This document shows, piece after piece, positions 1 to 13,800 of a stretch of 64,000 nucleotides of DNA. The stretch is from Bugula neritina (taxonomy: Eukaryota; Animalia; Bryozoa). The position numbers and the translations under genes were made by a program. Every line of letters begins with the position of its first letter. The first letter of the stretch is position 1. The stretch is taken from contig OZ037766.1 of the NCBI GenBank assembly GCA_964035545.1, positions 7,244,722 to 7,308,721 on the forward strand, read 5' to 3'. The notes beneath the pieces are model-generated. The model had not been told where the DNA came from, did not search any database, and saw only the letters and a list, made by a program, of their open reading frames with translations.

Positions 1-103
1 CAAAAATAAGTATATTTTGCATTAAAGGTGCTCAACACCATGTTGTCAACTGCATACATATATAACATGCAAAAAGACTGTCTATATAATGTAGTGTTGT
101 GAT

Positions 104-195
104 TACTCTATGGTGTAAAGCATGTTAGCAGCTGCTAGAAAACCGAAGGTCTCGGGTTCAAATCTCAGTGGGGGCACAATTATTTTACATACACT
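104..195 (+). mobile_element. tRNA-derived SINE-like head (family B), degenerate
   Basis: TGGTGTAA A-box-like (111-118) and GGTTCAAATC B-box (155-164), then CAGTGGGGG...TATTTTACA. The same motifs occur on the minus strand at 2039-2105. No intact cloverleaf. Confidence 0.5.
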
Positions 196-587
196 GGAGT
201 ATTCCGAGTCTATTCATCTTTGCAGGACTTTATTATAACTGATTTTTGTAAAATAATTTAAATAGTGATGTACAGTAAGTTAGAAAAGTAGTAGTTATTT
301 GATTTAAAGTAACTTTTGAGTTTTAGAGTCTTGTATAGTATAGGTTAAAGTTGCTTAAATATAAATAAGTCAAGCGAGGCATTGTAAGTGTTATTGATTT
401 GCAGTCAAATGACTCAAGCAACTTGACTTTATTGGACGACTTGACTTGAATTTTTTCACTTTTACTATAAGCCATGGCATGCCACAAAGTTAAATTATAG
501 GCTTGGACGTGTTACAACTTTTAATCTTATAAACTGTATTATAACAACCTTTCCATTGTAATCTGATAAATATTTTAACAATTTCAG

Positions 588-3500
588 GGCCTTATATAAG
601 CGGTGCTAACGTCACAGTGGGAGAAGTCAGACACAGACAATTTTTAGATGAAGGTATAGTTTCAGTTTAATTCAGCTGAGAAACATTATATAAATGTGTT
701 TGAAGTGAGATCGTAGTAAACCCAATTATGAAATAAGTAGTAGGTATTGCATAATGCTTATAATCATTTTATTTCTATTTTACAGGCTTTATTACCTCTT
801 TGAGACTTGGAATTTTAAAGATAATGTATTATGGTAAGTATTTTTAGGTTTTCACCTTACTGCACTTTGACTAGCAGCTGGTAAACTATTTAGCATTTTC
901 TAAAAGCTTGCACCAGTGCATCATAGGTGCATTCTAATTTTTTGTTGGTTTTTTGTTTTATTAATATCATAGTTATATAGGCTTGAAATGTCATTGAGCA
1001 TTTTAAGTCATAACCATTTTTCTCTTGTATACAAGTTATTTTAATTTTAGGTGCTACAATAACTTTTATTGGTTTCCTAATGACAATGCTATATTTTCCC
1101 CCTGGTCCCCCTAAAAAGCCCAGTGAAGTGCAAAATGCAGTTCGAGAGGAATTTATCAGTGGTTTTAAGAAAATCGCAAAGTTTGTATTCACAAATATTT
1201 ATAATAATAAATTTCTCATATCTGCAATACAAAACTTTTTACAGAAGAAAAAAGTAGTAAGTTATAAATTGAAGAATCTTAACTAGAATTCAAGAACTTT
1301 AAGTTCTAAAAAAGCTTGGGTAGTATTTTGAAAAGACGCAATAGCTAGGTGAGCAGCAGTGTTGGGTAAAAGCACTGCACCTGCTTTATATAACTCATTA
1401 CTGCTGATGCCTAAATTTTTTTATAATTTATTCTTCACCATTTTGTAGAAACTATGACTTCTGGCTGCTCAGCACGGCTTACAATTTATCAAATGCCCTG
1501 TTTAACTCTTGGCTTCCACTGTCTTCCATTAACTTCAGATCTTTGAACATTGATGAGGTGAGTAATTCTTTGAACAAATTAAAAACAGTTGAATTTTATC
1601 AAAAATTGCAAATACTGGTCACCTTTGGTCACCTTTCACTGCCATGGTCCTGCGCGGCTGGCGGAAAAATTGCAAAGATTATTGAGTTTAATTTCAATGA
1701 TTGTAGGTTACAGCTGGCTGGATAGGATTCACTGCTATAATGACTAGCAGTGTGTGCTCAGTGTTTATTTCTTACGTCATGAACTATTTTAAAAAGAGAG
1801 TTAAGCTGTTTCTACAGTTGGCAAACCTAGTGGCTCTGGCGATGTTTGTCATTCTAATATGCATACAAAGAAGCTATATATTTGTGCCACCTTCTTTTGT
1901 AACACGTAAGTGCAGCATATCTAAATTATTCTATACCTCTGTAAAGAACTTTGGGCCATTAAGTGATAATTGGATCCTTAATGGTCACCTTTCACCGCCG
2001 TGGTCCTGCGCGGGTGGCGGAATTGGATCCTTAATAGTGAATTGTAAAATATTTTCCCCCACTGAAACTCGAACTGCGAGCTTGCGCACTAACCACTACA
2101 CCAATTTGACATTGCTTGCAATATGTTAAACAGAAGAAATGCAACATAAGATGTTATCTATAGTCAGGAAATATGTACTTTAAAAATTGTATCAAACATT
2201 TAATTAGCAAAAGCATCTTTTAACATTTTATATTATGTTTTTTTGTAACTTGAATATAAAGTTTTTTCAATTTTAAAATATTCACTGTTTTCCGATTAAA
2301 TTTTGTAATTTTGTTTAAAAGCAGTGAGATTATATATAATATTATTTATCTTTATTCCCTTTTCACTATTTATCTTCTCACCAACATAATAAAGTAGCAT
2401 CTGTTTGAAGGCAATTGTTTCATATAGCAATTAACTGAGTTTTTGAAATTCATTTAAAACATAAAAACATATGAAAGCTGCTATCAATTATTGTGTCTGT
2501 TAATTATATATGTTACTAAAACCAGTTAAATGTTTTTGCAAAAATCAAATGTTCATTAAATCAATTAATAAGTTAGCACCCACATCAATGTAAAGCAATC
2601 AATGGATTTGTATATAATATAACTAATCATGAGCCATTGTGCAACTTAAATGTTAAAAAAAAAGGTAATGAAACATAATATTATATATGAAATTCTACTA
2701 TTTCAGTTTCTCTATATATTCTCTGCACTGGAGCTGCTATCAGTATAAATGGAGTCATCCCTCTTTACTATGAACTAGCTTGTGACAGCGCATTTCCTGC
2801 TGATGAAGGTCTAACTGGCTCGGTGATTGTGACGGTGAATAATTTACTTGGGTTTACAGTACTCATGCTTTTCCTTCACCCTACACTGGCTTTAGGTATG
2901 TTACTGCTAGTATAAACATCAAACATTTCAAAATGGAACAATATTCATATAAGACATAAATTTATGGTGGAATATTGTTTTTTTCATTTAATGTGAAAAT
3001 GATGTGGTTTAAACTCAATTTCAATATATTTCAAATGTTCGTTTTTTGCTAATCAATATCCAATAATGAATTGAATGTTATATATGTACTACTGCATTTC
3101 AAGTTTTTAATTGGCTAATTAGAATAGGCAACATAAAATATCTGTTGTAACCACAACACCAATTTAATGCCTTATATATTATTTGTCATCTTTGATAAAA
3201 AAATGTATATCTATTATCTAATGTTAGATGGATAAATTATTGCATATATGTTGTGTTATAGAATAATTGACTTTGCAATTTGTCTGTGCGTGTGTGTGGC
3301 TACATTATACTTATGCTAGCTTTCAAATGCATCTTTGATCACCTAGAAAAATTAGTTCAATCTATATTTATAGTTCAAATATTTTAGTAAAATTAGTAAT
3401 TAATCTTAAAAATCTGAACGCTGCTTATATTCTAATATTGAACATACGTTATATGTAATGACGGCTATCTATCAAAGACGCTGGTAAAATGTTGCCATGA

Positions 3501-4363
3501 AGTGTCGCATACAATTATTTTTTTGTGATTAGTTTTACTTACTCAGACAAAAAATTTCAGTGAAAAGACCAGAATTTAAGTTGCTTAATTTCTGATTGGC
3601 TGGCAATTACTTGATGATTTCTTAAATTTGGCAAACCAATAAAACTGCAGCAATAGAAACATATAAAAGAATAGGATACTTCAAAATGGTTTATTGGATG
3701 GTACTTAAGAGTTTCTGCAAGTTGACTACTATAAACACAGAAATAGAAACACCAAAATGCCTTTCTGTCCAACCTTCACAAAAAAATATTAGACTATATA
3801 AATTTCTCCTTGCAAAAAGCAGTCTACAAAAAATTTTTTTACATAAAAAAAACAATCATAGTTTTGGCAATGCATTAGATGAGTTAATAGTTTATCATGA
3901 AAACCAGACATCGTGCTCTAAAGTAATTCTACTGCACATTATTGAGTTTTTATTTTAAGATCAGAAAAACCCCAAAGAGATAAAGTATATATTTATTTTG
4001 TAGCAAACACGTTTTTAAAAAATAATAACTTTTAAACTAAATTTTGCGAATTTAATGTGATTAGCTATACAAACTATAATTTCCAGTTATTTATATTTTC
4101 CTAAAAAACCTATTCAAGTTATAATGATACATTTAGAGTATTTTACATGTAAAGCTTCTAAAAGTGATATACAAATATAATTTGTATAGTTTACTATGAT
4201 AATTGTAGACACAGAATGGATGACGTGGTCTTGTCTAGGTGCGTGTGTCTTAACAATACCAATGCTATTCTTCATGAAAGAGAACTACAACAGATTAGAC
4301 ATAGACTCTGGTGATTCATCAGATATAAAAGCTCTTAGCAAAGGGAAAGACAGCAATTATTAA
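588..4363 (+). CDS. SLC49A4: SLC49A4/DIRC2-like (FLVCR-family) MFS transporter, paralog 1, 5'-partial (exons 4-10)
   Basis: GT-AG exons 588-653, 786-833, 1051-1180, 1449-1557, 1707-1905, 2707-2895, 4209-4363 join in frame: GPYISG...YFPPGPPKKPS...FWLL...AGWIGF...IPLYYELACDSAFPADEG...EWMTW...KENYNRLDID...TAA. Internal exon sizes 66/48/130/109/199/189 match paralogs 2 and 3. Exons 1-3 lie upstream of the window. Confidence 0.85.
1617..1664 (-). mobile_element. GC-rich micro-insert (retroposed LINE/SINE 3'-end-like), copy 1
   Basis: ggtcacctttggtcacctttcactgccatggtcctgcgcggctggcgg flanked by the direct repeat aaaaattgcaaa (1601-1612 / 1665-1676); near-identical to 1983-2020. Strand inferred from the repeated AAAGGTGACC end. 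Confidence 0.65.
1983..2020 (-). mobile_element. GC-rich micro-insert, copy 2
   Basis: 38-bp ggtcacctttcaccgccgtggtcctgcgcgggtggcgg flanked by a perfect 15-bp TSD aattggatccttaat (1968-1982 / 2021-2035). Confidence 0.75.
2039..2105 (-). mobile_element. tRNA-derived SINE-like head (family B), internally deleted
   Basis: Minus strand reads TTGGTGTAGTGGTTAG (A box)...GTTCGAGT (B box) TTCAGTGGGGGAAAATATTTTACA; shares its tail with 104-195. Confidence 0.5.
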
Positions 4364-6438
4364 AGATTTATGATTCATTATTTATTATTTATTAAATACC
4401 TGTTAATTTTAGTCAATTTTGATAAAATATGAGTTTTTTGTCTTTTATATTCTTAAGCAAAATAGCAATATCATTCCTTTCTTGGCTAACAATGCCTGAT
4501 TTTTAATAAACATTTCATATATCAAAAACGGTGATTTATAGAAATAAAATACTTCAAGTTCATTGATTGAAATTGATATAAATTGACTTGCTGTTGCTAT
4601 ATTGCTATATTGAACAAAGCAACATAATATATTGTAGTGCTTATTTAAACAATTAAATAAGCATAATTATCTGGTGGCCAATGTATAGGCTTTGCTTTCA
4701 TCTGACATGATCACAGAAAAAATGTGGTAAAATACTCAATAAATTATAAATGTATTCAAATATTTCCCTCATCTTTTAAAGTCTACGTCACTCGACCAAT
4801 AGCAACGTGATGAAGCTTGATAAAGTTGGCATTTCAATGCTTTTTTCACATAATATAATATTGTACAGATTGAAGCACATATTAATCATCAAATATTAAA
4901 TAAAACTATAATTAACAGTTGTCTTCTCCATTTCTATATTTGGTTGCTGGAATCATGGAGTTATCTCCCTTATCATACTCTCGGTAATTCTAGTACTTTA
5001 CATTAATGGCTATAGTTTTTAAATTCACATCTCAGTTCTACGCTATAAGTTTTCGGTTTTTAAATTCAAATGATTTTGAGTACTACAGAGTCCCTAAACC
5101 TTAATTGCAACTACACTGTAAGAAGTCAATAGTAGCACACGATGGCAATATGTAGTTAATCGTATACTTTAGTGCAATCTTGTAACTGTGAATTGAAAGA
5201 TTATTTTATAGGGTAGACTATCTATAATTTTGCGATAGCAGCTATACAATATATAGTATCAAAATTTAAAACAGCAAAATTGCTAAACTTGCATAGGCAT
5301 GTATAAATATTTTAAAGTGATGAAAATTAATAATAATTCTAAAGATAGTTTGTTTTTTCACATTAAAAAGATAAACAGTATTCTGAGTTTAAAAACTTTC
5401 CCTGCTATTTATAAGTAGCACTATACATATCTCTATTATTGCTGTTAAATAGTTGGGTATATTATATTTTCTATAGTTTACTGTATTGCAGTATTTACAT
5501 TTGATGTTGTAAAGAACATGGGATCTAATATACATGTATGTACAAACTCAAAACTTTTATATGAAAACCAAAAACGAGTCATTATATATAGCAACTTACC
5601 CTGGGTGTAATAATGTGCAAGATAAAATTTTTATAACCAAATAGTATTATAGCACATAAACGTAAGATAACATGGCTATACAGTTTATTACACAATATGA
5701 TTAGTTTACAAAGTTTAGTTTTGTTATGATTGTATAATACATTGTGTTATGTATACAATTACTATGTTACGACGTATTTTAATCACTAGATGGTTTTTTG
5801 GTTGCGGTTTGCATGAACTTATGGTTGGAGTTTCATATTTGATGCATAACGTTTTTCCAAGCATTAAATAAAAACCTTATTCGCATATGATTATATGAAG
5901 CTTGGAAACAAACGTATGGTGATTATCAGTTATAGGTTATAAATTATGTCCTATTCCAGCTAGATTGTAATGCTAACTACACTCATAGCAGGCTGTACTA
6001 ATTCCATTATTGTCTGTTAAATAGTTACTTTAGCTGATTTGAGTAACCTATATAGGACATTTTTTCTTAACGAAGGTTTTTGTATTTTCAGTGCAATTTG
6101 CAGTCCCATCCGCGCCAACTCGTGCACGTAGTCTATATATACTTAATATAACCAGTATATACAGAAATCACCTGTTAGGTGTAGGGACAATTATGCTGGT
6201 ATATATAGGAGAATGAGTTGAGTATATATAGCTATAGTGCACAGTTCTAGACAGTGTGTTAGATACGGCTACTACTAAAGCAGGATGTTATCATCACTTG
6301 CCCTGAAATGAGCAAGAGTTGGATATAAATATAGTTATTTTCTAAACAGAGTCTCAAAACTACATACTGATCTGGAATATCTAAAGCTCGTTGGAACGCC
6401 ATTAAACCGGCGAGTTTATTCACAATTGGAAAGGGAAA

Positions 6439-7822
6439 ATGAAAGAAGCCATTAAGGAAAACATGGTAAATGAAGAGTCATCAGAGCTCCTCCCAAAGGA
6501 CTGTGCGAGTAGCAGCATAGCAGATGAAAATAAAACACAAGATGAATTCGCAACGTATAAAAGGCGGTGGTGGGTACTATTTGTCTTCTGTCTGTGCAAC
6601 TCTAACCAGAGCTTACTGTGGAACACCTGGTCGCCTATCGCAAACGCCGTGGAGACTGCCTTTGAGTGGCCGTTAGAGTTTGCTGCTCTGGTGTTGGCTG
6701 TCTCTGCTCTTTCATCCACTGTTATGGCATTTCCATGTATGTATATCATCGAAAGATCGGGTAAGTTTTTCAATAATATATAGCTTACGAACCCAAAGTT
6801 TATTTTGCTTAAAATTTTGTTTGTGTGGCTAACATTTTGCATGAAAATTCTATAAAGCTTTGCCTAATCTAATTTGAGAAGCATTGATTTGACAGTCCAA
6901 TACTTAACTGCTCACTGGCATTCATTTCTAAACTTTTACTGCTGCTGCTTTTTACTTGATCTCCACAAACCAGCCTTCAGTTCTACATTTGTTACAGTGT
7001 GATTGTAAATAAAAATGACTGCAGAAGGCTAAGACTTGCTTGATTTATAATTTTATGTGTCGACCTTCAGAACCTTAATGTCATATTTAATCAAAAATAA
7101 GGCTATTAAGTCTGAAAGTCATAACTCTAGGTGAAACTCATACAGATAAACATATTTTGAAACAGTAGGAATATGAGCAAAGAGAGCAGCAATGATCTAG
7201 GAGCCCTATAGACCACTGCTGCTCCCTTTGCTCAAACTTCTACTGTTTCAAAATATGTTGGGGGTTAAAATACTGGCTTAGTAAACACAAAGTCAGTGGT
7301 TCCAACCCCAGCAAAGGCCATTGAGGATGTTAGGAAGAGCATTCAGTCATAATTGCTCTTTAGTCACACATAAATAGTCCTTATCCCTGCACTTAAAGAA
7401 AACAGGGGTTTTCAGGGCTACTACAAACTCACATGAGAAGTATGAGCACCATGAGAAAAGCAATTTGAGCTGACAATAACGTTATATCTTTAAAATCTAT
7501 CAGATTACCTCTGATCCAGCTGGCACACAACAAATTGAATGCAGGTTCTTTGCTGTTTGTGCTGCTATCTATTCAAATGTCTTGCCCATTTCTCTGACTG
7601 GTGTTGTTTGGAACTCTGTTTATGTGCATACGTTTTGTAGACCTGAGAATTGGGGTTCTAATATCTTCTGCATTTCTAGTACTTTGCTCTGCCTGTTGGC
7701 TGATTAGCTTAGCAACTCAGCAAACCTGGTAAGGATTATTCTTTTCATCTATGTATATAGATATATATTTAAATATATATAATTTATGTGTATATTATAC
7801 ATATACATATACATATACATAC

Positions 7823-7860
<38 letters not shown>

Positions 7861-10800
7861 AAAACATGGGAAGTAACCAACAATGAATCTTTTTATCTTG
7901 TTCCGTAAAAGGAATAAGCTACTGGTTTATACTACATGTCAGAGCCCGCATAAATGACAAAGTGGCTACTTTGGTCACAATATGTCACACATGATATGGT
8001 CATGTGTCATACAGTAGATAGAAACACTTGTTTAGATCTTGTTGTACTATGAATGATTTAAATTTTAAGCAATCAATAATGTCTGATATATATATCTTTC
8101 AGTAATATTAGATCAGGTTTCGATAACAACATATAATACTATATTAACCTGTATAGTATATACTAATGTTTATTAGCAAAGGCTAAGTGCAAAGAAACCT
8201 CAGATCTAGCCCACACCATTTTATACCTATTTGTAATTACCAGCATAAAATTATATTTGAAATAGCTGCACTATCTTTGCAGTTTTGATGTTTTCTTCCC
8301 ACCAGTAATAGACTAAGTCACATTCACAATGTCACTCAGTACACATATTATAGTGTCACACGGCACACGTGTAAGATCATGCATAATACACAAACATTGT
8401 CACATAGTGCTATCACTGTTTGCAGGCTACTTTTAGTTGGTAGTACTATGAACGGCGTTACCGGTGCTATTACTATGGCCGCCCCGTCACTAGTCTCGGT
8501 AAAATGGTTCCCAACTTCTGAACGAACTATCGCAACTTCTTTTGCTGCCTTGAGTGGTTATGTGGGAAATGCTATGTCTTTTGTAACAGGTATACAATAT
8601 ATCCTTTATAAAAACCATTATACATTATACTGAGACACTATAAAAGCTATAGGTGTCCAAGTATGTACATGGATATCACTTGGAGTGAAAAACAATTCTC
8701 TAACAAGTTATTATTTGAATTATACTATATAATGATCATTGCATACCATCCAACATTTTTTTCATTCTAAATCTTCCTGACCTGTATATTTCTATAATTA
8801 TAATATAACTGTATCACAATTACTGTACAGTTGAAGTATCACATCTACTGTGCAAACTAAGAAAATGTCCTTTTACTTCAGCACTTTCATGATGGATGAC
8901 ATAGGCTTGTAGATATAATAGGACGAAATACAAAATATTTCAATTATAATTTAAATTAGGCTTTGTATCTAATAAATATCAATAACTAAAAAGGCCAACT
9001 TTGTCCTTTATTTGTATGAGAATATAAGGTAATATAACAGATCAGTTGAACAATTTTAAATCCCAATATTATAATAAATTTCTATTAACTTAAACAAACT
9101 TATACAAAACCCAAATTATTTGTAAATAATTACAACAGTAAATATTGTTTTCAAAAAGTACTAAAATTAATTTCGTTGTTCTAATTATTTTTCTGGAATA
9201 TGTCAAGGTATTAAAAATTTTTATTTTAATACTTAAAGCAAATGTTTTAGCACTAGCTTTGAATTTGGTAAACCTAACCAGAGCTGTAACTTCAAAGCTT
9301 GACTGCATTTAGTTGTTTTCAATAATTGTGGGAAGTTAATCCAAAATTTCAACCTATATACTATTTTGTTTAGCTTTAAACATTATTTTGTTATTTTAAT
9401 TATTATTCTTTGTGGAAATATGTAACATGGTATTTATAAGATTGTATATAAACTTATAAGCACGTATCAATCATGATCTAGTGGCTATAGAGCACTGGCT
9501 TAATTAGTGAGTATATACTAAGTCAGGAGTACAAATCTGCTTAATTGAGGTCATTGGGGATGTTAGAAAGAGCAATCAGTTATAACAATTGCTCCTTTGT
9601 CACAATAGAAAACAGGTCCTTAGCTTCCTTATAGAAAAACTTTCCATCAGGGATTTTCAAAGGGATAACGACTATATATAAATAAATATTTATAAACTAG
9701 ACTATTTATATATACAGATGGACTGTTATTTTTGTAGGTCCTTACATCAGCGGCGGAAATGCAACTCTTTTAGGCCCAACATTTACTCTTCCATTGCCTT
9801 ATGGTAGGTTGTCACTATTACTCTATACTGAACCATTTATATATAGCATATTATTAATTTCTAAAAATTCAGAATAAGTGAATAATTGTATTTATTTATG
9901 TAAAAGTAAAACAACCAACCTAGCTAAACAATAATGCATGTATAAGCCCAGGATCTATTACAAAACTATGGAATTAAATAAATTCTAAAACTAAAACTGT
10001 TGTAGTCTTTTAAAGCCCAAATTTTGAAAAGTTGAAAATTATATATTTTCACTTTTTTAACTCTTGCAGTAGTGCTTATTCACAAGACTTAAAATTCTGC
10101 TATACCTCAAATCTAAAGGCAAAGTTATGTTACAATCTTCAGCACACTATTGTGCAAGTTTACTATATAATCCTACTTGATGATCACTGCTGGTGGTGTA
10201 AGCTATGCTGACATACTTTTATAGTCTCAATATAACATTTCGTATCTGTAATGTGCTTTCAGATGACATACTTGAATTAAAGTTTGGAGTGTCACACGTC
10301 TTATATTTTGGTAAGCGTTTATTATTTCACATCACTATATGTCATCTTTCACTGACAGTAAACTTGTACAATGAATTACAGATGCATGATAAACTTAAAC
10401 TTAAAATGTTAAAATTTTAATTTTTGTAGTTCTCAACAAACAAATGGCAGATATTTTATGACATTAACATCATGTCAAGTAAAGTACAAAGCCCATGTTA
10501 TACTTAATTCATAAGCATATATACTATATAGACTATAGAGCTTTATAAAGCAAAACATATGGAAAAGCAAGTTAAACAATAGCCAGCACTAGTATTTTAA
10601 TCATTCTACTTTTTGATATCAAGTCCACCATCCATATTAAGCCTACTTACACATAAGGTAGTTCAAAACAAGTTTTTTGCAAAGCACTATCTAAAAGTCA
10701 CAAGATCAGTTATTAGTTATGAGCCTAGAGTCTTTCGAGCTAGTTTTGGCACAACTGAATCTGTTTCAACATAACATTAATGTATTTAGTTTAAAAGTAC

Positions 10801-13800
10801 CACATGGGGCATAGATGTAATTGTATAATGTCAACTAAAGTTCATCTGGAAAGAAATCGGTGAAATAATCAACTGGCATTTATATAGGATGTCACATTGC
10901 TGTTTATTACCTCCACAATATTATCACACAATATAACTCGTTTAAGGAAAAATGTATATCTTGGTATGATAATACTGCAGACATAATCTCAAGTTATGAG
11001 ACTAGTTTTCCTATAAAGGTCAAAGGTTGGGTTTCTTGTTGAAAATGTAAAATTGGCTTAAACTTTAAATGACTATATTTAAATCAATTTATTTAACCAA
11101 TATTTAGCTCTGGCATAGACAAGACTATTATTGATTAAGTGTAAAAATAGGTGCATTTCATTATTAGCCCATTTGAACAGATTTTAAAACCAGCTCTTTT
11201 TTAGTAAAGACAATTATGTAATGAAATAGGGACTATATATAATATGCATGTGCACGTAAGAATGAGTAAAATATAAAAAAGTAAAAAGTAGTTGATTGAA
11301 TGAGGTTTATTTATATAGTGGTAATTTATATTCAGGTGCAATGATAAGCTTCACAGGATTTGCTCTGGCTGTTATCTATTTCCCTGCCAACCCTCCCAAA
11401 CCACCAACAGAAGTACAGACAAAGCCCCGTGAAAAGTTCTCTACTGGATTAAAGAAACTACTAACGTTTGTTTCCACTTTGTATAAGTTATACAGATCTT
11501 AGGTAGTTATAGATCACTCTATTGCTGGTCACAACTTTACAGGCAAATATTGCTCCCTCGTCTATATCCTCATCGTTGACAGCTTGAAGTTCAGCCTAAT
11601 AAAATTGGGACAATAGGAATGGAGGCTACTGGTATATATAGTTTAGCACTGTTACTATATAACTCATAGTTGTTGCTTGTGAATTTCACCTTTTTTCAGA
11701 AACCCCAACTTTTGGCTACTCAACATGGCATATAATATTTCTAATGGTATATTCAATGCCTGGCTGCCTCTTTGCTCTATCAGTTACAGCCCACTGGGAG
11801 TTGATGAGGTAGGTGTAGCATCACGTCACAATATAATATAGAAAACATAGCATGGTTTAATATGACATGAAATAGGAAAGCATATATATGACATAAAATA
11901 TAGTATATACAGTGTCTATAATAGTTCGCTGGCTTCAGAATGCATTTTTGATATTAACTGCTGTTATTAGCTTTGTCATTCCAAACTGGCACCTCTATAT
12001 GTTATGTTCAGAACACTTTAAATATAGGATATATATTATATAATTGCTCACACCTTCTCTACCAATTATAAATGGTATGAATGGCATGTATATATCACAG
12101 CTCACTACAATAATTCACTGAAATAATCCTGGAGCACTTCATTTATATACAGTATTAAAATATTCATATATATTATATATCCTATTTATCATTTACATTC
12201 TGGTTGAGTGTAGCATAGGCTCAAACAATTTTTCGTTATAATAAATTTTGTGCAAGCACGCATTAAATTAGTTTAGGAATTCCATCGCTTACTACTAAAG
12301 GTGCTTCTGGTTTGCTTTGAGGTTCGGCATTTTAAAATTAATAGCAATTATTATTAGAAAAAGTTGCATGTAGTTTATAATTTTTGACTATCATAAAATG
12401 CTAATAGCTGGGCTCATGTTTGTGATTGTCAGGTAACATCGGGTTGGATTGGATTCACCGCTATCATGACTAGCTGCGTATCTTCAATTTTCATTTCCAA
12501 AGCAGTAGAAAAAGTAAAAAGAAAAATGAAATTAGTTTTACAGCTTTCTAACATTGCAGCCTTTGTGATGTTACTCATTACTGCCTGCATTCAACAAGGG
12601 TATATATTAGTGCCCGACTCCATGATTGTAGGTAAGTCTAAGCTATAGGCAATCTGGCATATAATTATGTATCCAGTGTGTATCATATTTCACTCAGAAT
12701 ACATAACTATATAATATATTGAATTTACAGTCACGGAGTATCAGGCTGAAATAGCTAAGGTTTTAGGCATTAATCTTAATGCTATAATATATTATTCTTC
12801 TTAAAACTCATGATATAAGTTATATACATATACATATAAAATACATGCATATAATTATATACATGCATATATATACATACATACATATACATACATATAT
12901 AGGTGTGTGTGTAGTTGAAAGGCCTATCATATGTAACAGAGGGTTTGGGCATGCCTTGTAGGGGTTCTCTATGTTCTTTCTATTGGGATGTCACTTGTTG
13001 AAAACGGAGTCATCCCCCTTTACTATGAGCTGGCTTGTGACTGTACATTTCCCGTAGATGAAGGTCTCACGTGCGCATTGATGTCCTCCTGGAACAATCT
13101 CTTTGCTTTCGTATTCTATATGTTTTGGTTTAGTCCATACTTAGCAGCGAGTAAGTCACTCTATTCTGTTTTCAAATATATTTGTATTTTGTGTCAGGCA
13201 ATTTATTTACCAAGCTTCATATAGTGTCAACTTTATTATACAATTTGGAAAAATATTGCATACATACAGTATGGCACTACTGGCTATAAATATATATTTG
13301 AGACCCTTGTCCAATACATATACCGGCTATTTTTGCTACTATAATAACTAATTGTATTTTTCTCCTATTTTCTCTAACTTTGACCAAGGTTGGCTTTACC
13401 AAACTGCAAGTCCATAGGTGAGCCGAAAATTTCTTTGCAAATTTAGTAGATTATTTCAGCAAAGGTTGTTTTACTATCCAAATATAGCTTGAAGTGTTGG
13501 CAACTTTAAACTGATACTATTGACATATCATTATTGTAGTTCCAACTCAAGAAATTGTGAATTTAAATGCTTTGTATTGATTAAAGTTTACAATAAGCAC
13601 TGTTGGTTGAAAATAATTAACCAGTTGTATAATTTCTGTTGCAATGTGCTAAACTGTTTAATACTATATCCTAATCTGTTTTAGCCAAATCAGTAAAATG
13701 TGTGTTTTCTAACAATAATTTACCAGTACTAGTGTAATGTTGCAATTCCCCAGTAGCCCCACATGCTATTATGATAGCATGTGGCTTGCAAGTCAGATAA

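Noticed and set aside
104-180. Functional tRNA gene
   Set aside because: It has a B box but no acceptor stem or cloverleaf, and shares a non-tRNA tail with 2039-2105, so it is treated as a SINE head.
6420-6842. 140-aa minus-strand ORF, and similar shadows at 890-1192, 33996-34211, 35347-35538 and 36564-36755
   Set aside because: Antisense shadows of real SLC49A4 and neur exons.
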